From: Amoebidium appalachense
Lineage: Eukaryota > Protista > Ichthyosporea
Direction of reading: 5' to 3'
NCBI GenBank assembly: GCA_963693365.1
Contig: CAVNZM010000008.1
Span: 434,001 to 498,000, forward strand
DNA: 64,000 nucleotides
The position numbers were made by a program, and so were the translations under genes. This document shows positions 1-23,451 of the stretch, piece after piece. The notes below the pieces were generated by a model. It was not told the origin of the DNA, did not search any database, and saw only the letters and a list, made by a program, of their open reading frames with translations. Each line of letters opens with the position of its first letter. Position 1 is the first letter of the stretch.

Positions 1-611
1 ATGGACAAGGGGGCCTAGCTAGACTGACGCTCAGGAGAGAACACGACGGGCTGGTGTGGCTGCAAATATGACGGTGTGGATGGGTTTGGGGTGGAGAGAA
101 GGGAGGGGGTACCGTGAGCGTTGGTGGGAGGCCTGAAAGAAGAAAATATGGGTACGGCAAAGGGATAAGTGGAAGCGAATTGGGGGAGGAAGGAAAGGGG
201 GGGGCAGAGAGGGCAGATCTAAGCACTAAGAAGGCACCATGACTACAAGCCAATGTAAGATGCAGCACAGTCCGAAGATTAAGATTAGCTGAGCCACACT
301 GTGTGGTGTGCCTGCATCTGTGACCTGCTGCCAGCATAGGTGCTCAGTAAAATTGCAGGTGTTTGGGTCACTGTGATAGCTTGGTGTGGGCACCGGAAGC
401 ATACACAGACATATGCTGTTCGCAGATTTTTAGAACAGGCGAAAACGTACACACTGACACACACGCACACTGAGAGACACACGACACATGCACATCACAC
501 ACACACACACATGCACAATACGCACGAGCACACTTTAGCTCTCCCCATATGCACTTAAGCACACGCATAAAACTGATGCGCATGCACACACCAGAAACAT
601 ACACACTACGG

Positions 612-651
<40 letters not shown>

Positions 652-738
652 TCCCCCCCCCTCCCCCCCCCCCCCCCCCCCCCTTCTTCCCGCCTCCTCA
701 CACACACACGCACACACACACACACACAACACACACAG

Positions 739-14210
<13,472 letters not shown>

Positions 14211-15143
14211 CATGGCCCCCACGTGTGAATGCAAGGCTCTCCCGCATCAATCGTATGTCACAGTGGCTCGAATCGCGCGTGTGTGCTTGGAATTGTAAGA
14301 TTGCAGCGAACTTGTCAACCGCTTTAAGATGTTGGTGCAGGTTTGCTGGTTGGAGTGGTGTGTGACACTGTGTGTGTATGTGTGTGTGGGAAGGGGAGGG
14401 GAGGGATAGAACTTTTAACGCATGGGATGAATGGACAAAATCCGAATCGCAAACGCATGGCGGCCAAACGGCGGTCACGTCTGATGTTATACATAATAAT
14501 AGAGGCTAGGCTCTGACTTTTATACTCATGATAGAATAGCTGCTTTTAAAGGCAGTGACTCTCAGGCTGGTTGGTACGCATTTGATGTGGAGCGTTTAAC
14601 TTCCAACCCGCAATGAGTTTTTCGTACACGCTTGTGCATGTGCAGGGCCCTGGATTTGGGCCCGTGGTGGACCATATGCAGGACATGTACTTTTTGCACA
14701 TGCGTGTAAGTCTACATGGGCTGAGAGCTGAGCACTGTGTCAGTTTGTGTACATGTTTCGGGATGCTATGATGGCCGGTGATAAATGGTGTTGGGTGATC
14801 TAGATCCACACCATGCAATTTTTATATAAATATCGCATACGTAGAGCTTTGTAACCCAGCTGGCCTGGGCATGTATTTCGCACACTTTTGCAGGCAGGTG
14901 TGTCTTGAAAAATGAGAATGCCCTATGAAAGAGAGAGAGCGCCAGCGAGAGAGAGAGAGAGAATCGTGTGACGTATGCGTGCGTGTGTGTGTGTGTGTAC
15001 GTGTGTGTGTGTGTGCGTGTGTGTGTCCTCGAGACTTCACCGAATTCGAAGGTTTCTGCGCATGCGCGCCGCTCTCACGAGTCCCTCACGGTGACTTGAC
15101 TTGACACGTTGAATTCGAAGTGGCCGGGAAGCGCCACTTTTAA

Positions 15144-15786
15144 GATGAAGGCCCCTGGGGGCCAACAAACCGGTACCGACTATCGACCCCAATGGATCTG
15201 AATTCACTTGTTGTTTTATTTTTTATTTCATCGCTGTGGCTCTTTCGAAGTCGGTTATTTTGGTGGTCATGTAGCCTGTGGCTGCACGTTGCCTTCATAT
15301 CCACTGGACCACTGATCAATAAATCCCAGTCAAGCTTAAGAGAAAAAAATTCAATGCGCCGAATGGCTAATCAGGCGTAAATCAATCGATGAGCCCTTGG
15401 GGTTTACACACTTTTTATTGCGTGGACACTGCCGGAGGCCCAGCCACATTCGCGAGCTAAATTTGCAAATCGTGGATCCCCCGAGATCGAGCCAACTTAT
15501 GACCCCTGATATTGAAAAAAATTATTTTTTTTCTTTTGACTGGATTTATTCGACGGAAAGATATGACAAGTATGCACGGCACACTGAGAAGACAATAAAA
15601 ACTTCACGAGTTATCCAAATTATAATGACTTTAAATTTTGTATGAAAACTGATGATTTTGGTATAGTAACCCGGGGGGCTCTTCGATCGATTTACGCCTG
15701 ATTAACCAGTCGGCGCATTGCATTCCAGATCCATTGGGGTCGATGATCGGTTTTGTGGCTCCCGAAATCTGACAGGGGTCTTTACC
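15144..15786. mobile_element. Non-autonomous TIR element (MITE) flanked by TTAA, Kolobok-like termini
   Basis: Left TTAA|gatgaaggcccctg; right caggggtctttacc|TTAA. Further inverted pairs: atcgaccccaatggatctg (15182-15200) with cagatccattggggtcgat (15726-15744), and aatgcgccgaatggctaatcaggcgtaaatc (from 15353) with gatttacgcctgattaaccagtcggcgcatt (from 15689). A TTAA target duplication with purine-purine ends is the Kolobok pattern; the family call is inference. Confidence 0.7.
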
Positions 15787-17080
15787 TTAAAGCTCGGTCG
15801 ACCTTTCTCTGCTCATGGCGATCTAGATGGCCCGTGACGGCTAATGCTAACCGTTGCGCTGGGCGGCGGAGGCCCTACTGTCATGCTTGCGCAAGTCAAT
15901 TCTGCCAATCGCGCACTGCTGGCAGTGAGCAGTTGTTGCCGCAGCCTGCAGGTCTGGCGCCCGTACTGTAAACTCACTTCATGAGGTTCCTTTTTATTTT
16001 TTGTTGCACAGCCTGTGACTGCGGCAAACAGTGGAGGTGACACGTGTGTCTTTTCCGTACCTTAAGCGCTTACTTAATGTTGTCGTTCTGTGGATTTGAG
16101 GCGAAGCGTTATAGGACATGATGACTTTCAGCAAATAGTGTTCGGATGGTAGAAGCTTGCGTGTTGGGGGCTGGGGAGCCATTCAGGGCCACCCAAACTT
16201 TGGAAGGTATACTTGGAGCATAATGATTAGGGAATTTGAGTAGAGCCCTGAGTTGTGTCCTTACCAGCAGCACACGTTACAAACTACTGAGCCTAGCGCG
16301 ACCTCCTAGTCAGATGCCGGCCGGTTACCATTCCCAATTTAGTGATTTCAGTCGCGGTCTCAGCATCACGAAAGTGGTTCTCGTTCTGACAATGATTCAA
16401 GGTAAGTGTCCCCCCCCCCCCCCCCCCCCCCCCGCCCCCCTTCCTTCCTTTTTTGTTTTGCCCCCCCCTCCCCCCCCCCCCCCTCCCCCCCCCCCCTCCC
16501 TCTTTCTTCGGTATCCCCAACACCTCCTGCACACGGTTAAGTACTGGCCGTTTCCCATCTTTCGACTTTTGTGCTCCCCCCCCCCCCCTTTCTTTCTTTC
16601 TTCTGCATCCCCAACCCATGCTGCACACGTATCAGTAATTACAGTCTCCCACCTTTCGACCAATCTCCTCTATTGCTTTGAGCTGCCTGGGCTTCCCCCC
16701 CCCCCCCCCCTCCCCTCCACCCCCTCCCCCCCCTCCCCCCCCCCCCCCCCACACGCACCCCCTCCGCCCTTTTTGGGGGCATTTTTCCTGTTTTTTTAAT
16801 TTTTTTTTGTCAACTCTTGGGGTCACTCACTTCGCTCAAGAAGTTCTTTCGAATCTCCAACTCCATGTACAAACCACGTGCTTTTGCTCTGTAACCATTA
16901 TATCATGGCCTAATCGAGTTGCAGCAATTTCTTACATCCACGAACCCTCCCCCCCCCCCCCCCCCCCCTCCGCCCCACACACACACACACTTCTCCCCAT
17001 CCCCATCGTTTCCATCCTCCCAACCCCTCTCCTTGCATGAGCAAAGATTGTGGAACTCAGTTTACTTTAAGGCTGTGCAT

Positions 17081-17246
<166 letters not shown>

Positions 17247-17753
17247 CTCTCTCTCTCTTCTCTCTCCCTCTCCCCCCCCCTCTCTCCCCCTCTCCCTCCC
17301 TCCCTCTCCCTCTCCCTCTCCCTCTCTCTCTCTCTCCCCCCCCCCTCTCGCCTCTCTCTCTCTCTCTCCCCCCCCCCCCTCAATCCCTTCCTCCCTCCCT
17401 CCCCCCTCCCTCTCCCTCCCCCCGCCCCCCGGCACCCTGCCCTCCCCCCTTCCTCCCTTCTTACCTCCCTCCCCCCTCACCCTCACTCCCCCGCCCCCCC
17501 CTCCCTCTGCCTCTCCCTCCCTCCCTCCGTCCGTCCGTCCGTCCGTCCCTCCCCCCTCCCTCGTTTCCTCCCTTCTCCCTCCCTCTCCCCCCACTTCCTT
17601 TCTCTCTCTCTCCCTTAACCCCCCCCCCCTCTCTCTCCCTCTCCCTCTCCCTCTCCCCCCTCCCTCCCTCCCTTCCCCCCCCCCCCACCCCTCTCCTCTG
17701 TCTCTCTCTGTGCCTCGGTAAACAGCGTAACCCTCCCCTGCCCCCCGCTCTCT

Positions 17754-17802
<49 letters not shown>

Positions 17803-17835
17803 TATATATATATATATATCACACACTCTCTTTCT

Positions 17836-17877
<42 letters not shown>

Positions 17878-18317
17878 ACTCTTCCCCCCCCCCCCCCCTA
17901 ACCCCCCCCCCCCCAACCCCCTCATTCACTCAGCACCGTCAGCTCTCACATGCACACACGGTCGCTTTTTTCCTGCTTTTTTTTCCTTCTCGTCCGCCCT
18001 TCCCTTCCCCCTCCCCTCCCCCTGACCACCGTTTCTCTCTCTCCCCGGGCTCTCCCTCCCTCCTTCATTCCTCCTTCTTTCCCTCTCTCTCTCTCTCTCT
18101 ATCCCCCCCCCCCCCCCCCCCCCCCCCCCTCTTCACACTCCTCATGACACACACACACTCTCTCTGTATCTCTCACCCTCCCCCCCTCTCCTCACCTTCA
18201 CTCCCTTTATCTCTCTTCCCCACTCCCTCTCTCTCTTCTCACTCACTCACCACCCTCTCTCTCTTCACACAATCTTTCTCCCATGCACACACGGTCTCTT
18301 CTAACCTCTTCCCCTCC

Positions 18318-18353
<36 letters not shown>

Positions 18354-18355
<2 letters not shown>

Positions 18356-19545
18356 ACAAAACACCACCCACCTTCCGTTTCATTGCCAACTCCTCTGCCA
18401 CATCACTTGAACCTCTCTCCCGCCTTCTCACTAGTGTGTTTAAGTTCGTCTCCCCTGATGTCGAACGTATGTGGTGTGATGTTGTCAAACCCCACCTGCC
18501 ACACAACACTAGCTCTTGGATTCTCACGGATAGCACCGCACTCACACACACAATCAACGCCCTTAACCGTACCACACGCCAACACGAAAATACGCCCGTG
18601 TCTGTGTTTGATTTTTCCACACTCTACACCAAGATTGACTTGCATGATTTGAAAGCTCGCCTCACTACACTGATTGACGCAATATTTGTCAAAAAATGCA
18701 CGGACGCTCGCAAACCACACATGTTTATTAAGAAAACCGGCTCCACGTTGTCCTGGGTGGATCGTGTAGATGATGATTCCCAGGATGATTCCTTTGAGCC
18801 TAAAGAACACTCTCTACATCTCTCTAAGGCACAGCTTGTGGATTTTCTATGTTTCCTCGTAGATAACATATATGTTGTGTTTGGCGATACCCTCTACAAA
18901 CAGGACATTGGTATCCCCATGGGTACAAACTGTGCTGTTTTCTTGGCTAATTTCTATCTCTTTACTTATGAGTTGGATTTTGTTCGCAAGCTTATTGCAC
19001 ACGAACGCATTGATGTCTTGGTAGATTTTCAGTTTACTCGCCGCTACATAGATGATTTGATCTCCCTTCATAATCCTCGCATTCTCTCCCACCTCTATTT
19101 AGAAGATTGTGATTTCGGTCTATATCCCAAGACCAGCCTTCAACTCAACCCTGCCGGTTCCTCCCCCTCTGTCCCCTACCTCGACTTGCATATCACCTGC
19201 ACTAATCACGGCATTCACACAACCATCTACAACAAGCTCGACACACCCACGTTCAATACACTAGACATCGTTCGTTTCCCACATCACGACTCATTCATCT
19301 CCCGCACTGCAAAATACGGCATCATGACAAGTCAAATGCATAGCTACCAGCGCAAATGCTCCACACTTGCTGCATTCACCACATGCACTGCACGACTTGC
19401 TAAAACATTGCTTAACAAAGGCTACTCGTTTAGACTCTTGCACCACAAAATGCACAGCTTTCTCGCCACACACCCGCACATATACCGTGGCGTTCACTCC
19501 TCTCACATACTCTCCATCATCACTAAAAAGATCAACACTCCCTAG
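18354..19545 (+). CDS. Penelope-like retroelement reverse transcriptase (Naiad/Chlamys-type), 5'-truncated or interrupted
   Basis: ORF 18283-19545 becomes non-repetitive at HKTPPTFRFIA. It contains FDFSTLYT, YKQDIGIPMGTNCAVFLANFYLFTYE, RYIDD, LYP..L.L, YLDL and the thumb segment IVRFPHHDSFI..TAKYGIMTSQ. These match my recollection of Naiad/Chlamys-clade PLE RTs. There is no C-terminal GIY-YIG; upstream is poly-C/(CT)n. Confidence 0.9.
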
Positions 19546-19565
19546 TCCCCCACTCTATCCCCGGT

Positions 19566-19605
<40 letters not shown>

Positions 19606-19621
19606 TACCAGCCCCTACACC

Positions 19622-19655
<34 letters not shown>

Positions 19656-19812
19656 CTCTCTCTCTCCCTCTCTCTCTCCCTCTCCCTCTCTCTCCCTCCC
19701 TCTCTCTCTCTCTGTCTCCCTCTCTCGCTCTCTTTCGTTCTCTCTCGTTCTCTCCCTCCCTCTCTCTCTCTCTCCCTCTCCCCCTCTCTCCCCCTCTCCC
19801 CCCCCCTTCCCC

Positions 19813-19845
<33 letters not shown>

Positions 19846-19970
19846 TCTCTCTCCCCCGCTCCTTTTCCCAAACAATTCCCCCGCCGTTCTTCTTTCTCAG
19901 CCGGCTAGGTTTTTTGGGTTGCCTGGTAAGTTTTGAAATGGAGGTCTCGTCTGTGATCTGTCCACCACAG

Positions 19971-20015
<45 letters not shown>

Positions 20016-20059
20016 CCCCTCCCTCCCTCCCCCTCCCTTCCCTCCCCCCCCCCCCCCCC

Positions 20060-20091
<32 letters not shown>

Positions 20092-20207
20092 TCTTTCCCC
20101 TTCTCCCCCTCCCCCCCCCCCCCCCCTTCCCCTCCTACCTTCTTTTTCCCCCCCCTTCCCCCCCCCCCCCCCCCCCCCCTGGCCAAACCCTGTATACACT
20201 CTTCTCA

Positions 20208-20534
20208 TCAGCAGGTCTCTAACCCACTCTGCAGAACGTTTTACGCATTTCTCCCCTCGGAGAACTTGGTCGTTGGTGCGTTTTTGTCTGACATCTAACG
20301 ACTCTGCAGGGTCCCCTGAGACTACTGACACTCTAACATTCCCTCCCCTCTCTTACTTCCCCCCCCCCCCCCTCCCCCTTTCCCTCCTCCTTCCCCTCCC
20401 ATTTTCTCTGCACACCCAACAGGTCTTAACCAGATCTGCACATCGTTAGTCACAATCTTCTCACATATATGAGAGAATGATCGTATTGGTACGATTTGTC
20501 TAATATCTGACGATTCTGCAGCATCCCTAAGACC
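20208..20534 (+). ncRNA. Two diverged copies of a ~115-nt structured motif (20208-20328 and 20421-20534)
   Basis: Same helix order in both copies with compensatory changes: ggtctc/gagact vs ggtctta/taagacc; ctgca/tgcag; ttctcc..ggagaa vs ttctc..gagaa; gtcgtt/aacgac vs atcgt/acgat. Confidence 0.55.
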
Positions 20535-20614
20535 CCCCTCCCCCCCTCCCCCTCCCCCTCCCCCCCCCCCCCCCCCCCACCTCCCCCTCTCTCTCTCTCC
20601 TCTCCCTCTCCCTC

Positions 20615-20762
<148 letters not shown>

Positions 20763-20823
20763 GCGCCTGTTGTTTTGCTTGTCATTTGTTGTTCTGGTTG
20801 ATTACCTGTAATCTTCGCTTATT

Positions 20824-20858
<35 letters not shown>

Positions 20859-21004
20859 TGTGCGGGGTTGCACATACCGGTGTCTACTTTTCTTCTTACT
20901 GTTTTTCTCTCCACACACTTCATCTGTCCACTTCTGCATACCCCCTTTCATAGCTATAGACACACTTCACACATTGCGTTACGCGCACGCATGCACACAC
21001 CGCT

Positions 21005-21346
21005 CTGTTGGCGACAGCTCCCTTGGAACCCATGCGGCATGTTACCCGCCGGCGTAACATAACTCGGACTATCGGTTTGGCTTTTTTCAAGCCCAAAGCA
21101 ATGGGTGATACCATATTTCCGGCTGACATCCGGGGGCATAGCTTTCCGTTCGAAGACGATAAAGTTCCGCCCTAGTAAGCGTGTTACTACCCTGCGGCGT
21201 GGGTCAAATCTCATATTTTCCCCTCTGATTACGAATTCTGTGGCCTTCGGGACTTAATTCTTTTCAGCTGGTGTAGTATGTTAGCCAGGGAAGTATCGAC
21301 TTAGGTATCGACGGGGGAGCTTCCTAGAAGCCCCGTCTCCTGAGTT
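21005..21346 (+). ncRNA. Dense multi-hairpin structured RNA segment in the PLE 3' region
   Basis: Consecutive hairpins, e.g. atgttac/gtaacat (21039-21060), tttgg/ccaaa with gctt/aagc, atgg/ccat, tagtaa/ttacta, accc/gggt, gaatt..cc(UUCG)gg..aattc, ctgg/ccag, and gacttagg..gacggg..gcttc/gaagc..cccgtc..cctgagtt (21298-21346). Confidence 0.55.
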
Positions 21347-21420
21347 CCTATCTATATTTTTCTTGCTTCTGCTTACTGCTGCAACTTTAACCCCCGGCCT
21401 TTCCCACTGCCCTTGCCTGC

Positions 21421-21573
21421 ATAAGCAACCCTGCTCGTCTCTGATCAAGACGGGTGACCTACTCATGTTCAAGTGAAACAGTATCTGAGTTGGGTTTCGT
21501 TAACGAGGGGAATAGGTCGAAACTCGGGTACTGTGGATGACGTGGGCCCCCCCTGAGGATGGGCTCTGCTTAT
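21421..21573 (+). ncRNA. Candidate permuted hammerhead ribozyme (copy 2)
   Basis: GUU ending at 21491, GAAA at 21519-21522, CUGAGGA at 21553-21559. Stem I ggg/ccc, stem II gaccta/taggtc, stem III acagtatctgagt/actcgggtactgt, extra helix ctcatgtt/gacgtggg, closing stem ataagca/tgcttat. Confidence 0.6.
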
Positions 21574-21674
21574 TATGCATACTCTTTATGTATGGCTTGC
21601 ATTCTGCATCGTGTTATCCGTTTGTTCTTGTGTACTTCGTACTTTTTGACGCATTCAAAACCCCCCCCCCCCCC

Positions 21675-21819
21675 CCCTGCTCGTCTCTGATCAAGACGGG
21701 TGACCTACCCATGTTCAAGTGAAACAGTATCTGAGTTGGGTTTCGTTAACGAGGTGAATAGGTCGAAACTCGGGTACTGTGGATGACGTGGGCCCCCCCT
21801 GAGGATGGGCTCTGCTTAT
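21675..21819 (+). ncRNA. Candidate permuted hammerhead ribozyme (copy 3)
   Basis: As copy 2: GUU ending at 21737, GAAA at 21765-21768, CUGAGGA at 21799-21805; extra helix cccatgtt/gacgtggg; 5' strand of the closing stem is truncated. Confidence 0.55.
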
Positions 21820-22310
21820 TACGCATACTCTTTATGTATGGCTTGCATTCTGCATCGTGTTATCCGTTTGTTCTTGTGTACTTCGTACTTTTTGACGCAT
21901 CCTCCCCCCCCCCCCCCCCCCCCCCCCCCGTGTTTGATTTTGGGTTCCCACTTTTGTGACGCTTTGTTGTTGCTCCCTGTTGTCTCCTCCACATTTCCAA
22001 CCCTCTAACGCATACATCACTTCCCCCCTCCCCCCTTTGGCCCCTCCCTCTCTAAATCGAACAGTTTACTCCTTCTGAACATCTTCCCAACACAGCTCAA
22101 CACCGGGCACGACACCCTTTCTGCCCACATTCCAGGCTCTGCAATCCCTTGAGCTATCCTTCCCTACTGTATCCTCACGGTGGTCCCGAAGTCTGGGTCA
22201 CCAGGTTTTGGTTTGTCTTAGATTGCAATCCTCCTTGTTAGTGTTATGTTCCTTTATGAATCACTCGTTTAGCAAACCCCCCCCCCCCCCCCCCTCCCCC
22301 CTTCCTCCTG

Positions 22311-22393
22311 TGTTCAAGTGGTGAAGCTGTATTGAAGCAGTATCTGAGTTGGATTGTCGACGAGGTGAATGGGTGTCTGGGTATGTGTGGATG
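22311..22393 (+). repeat. Degenerate fragment of the pLTR/ribozyme repeat
   Basis: tgttcaagtg..cagtatctgagttgg..gacgaggtgaat..gggta..tgtggatg resembles 21712-21785, but GAAA and CUGAGGA are lost. Confidence 0.6.
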
Positions 22394-22395
22394 TT

Positions 22396-22436
<41 letters not shown>

Positions 22437-22542
22437 AGTTCGTTCCCTTTTGTGTGTCTCTGTATCTCCCGACATCCCCCCCCCCCTCCCCCCCCCCCCC
22501 AAAAAAAAAAAAAAAAAAGAGAAAAGAAAAGAAAAAAGAAAA

Positions 22543-22582
<40 letters not shown>

Positions 22583-22852
22583 CTAAAGGCTGATAAAGCT
22601 ACTTCATTTAAAGTCCCTTTCTGGTTCTCGGATCTGTGTCTTTCGACACAGAAACCCCCATCTACAAAGAAATTCGAATTATTCCTTCTCCTGGCAGCGT
22701 TAACCGTACTGGCATGTGTAGTGTGTATGCCCTGTGATGTAGTGCATGCACGTGCACGAACACGCCGGGCACACAACACAAATGCCACACGCGTGCACCA
22801 TTATGACGTGTACCAACACTCAACCACCCACGTATATGCACACCACACCACA

Positions 22853-22913
<61 letters not shown>

Positions 22914-23114
22914 CACAATCTACCCACAGACCTGCACTTAAACATGCACGTGCACATGTACACACTTTAACTGGAAAAGCAGAAAAAAAAGGTCTGCTAA
23001 ATCATCAGCTTTGCCACAGTGCACCTCCCCACCGCTCCCACGGCACCCGGAGTCTTTCTACCCCCCCCCCCCCCCCCTACCCCCACGTGACGCATGCACA
23101 CACACACACGTGTG

Positions 23115-23146
<32 letters not shown>

Positions 23147-23357
23147 TAAAAACACGCACCCACACACACACACACACACACACACGTCACACACACACAC
23201 ACACACGTACACACACACAAACAACCACACCCACCCACCCACACTCTCCCACACTGCCACACATCTTAGAATTCGTTACCACACACACTTGCACATATGG
23301 ACACAAGCGTGTGTGCCCGTCGCGCACACACACGGGGACACGTGCGCGCCCACATGA

Positions 23358-23451
<94 letters not shown>

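Larger units (their letters stand above)
21411..21900 (+). repeat. Tandem direct repeat (pLTR), 246-bp period: 21411-21660 and 21675-21900
   Basis: Near-identical copies separated by a poly-C run; the second copy lacks the ataagcaa 5' part. Confidence 0.9.

Noticed and set aside
16236-17080. Possible N-terminal endonuclease region of the PLE
   Set aside because: No GIY-YIG or other motif was found in the forward frames I translated; the fragments are broken by poly-C.
20476-20506. AUGA...GA hairpin as a possible SECIS element (some Naiad PLEs encode selenoproteins)
   Set aside because: No apical AA, the paralogous copy at 20208-20328 lacks AUGA, and the visible RT frame has no in-frame TGA.
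21421-21819. Canonical type I/III hammerhead using gtgaaacagta or ctgatca
   Set aside because: That GAAA is absent from the 10.3-kb copy, and ctgatca is not CUGANGA and sits in a hairpin loop. Only the permuted pairing shows covariation.
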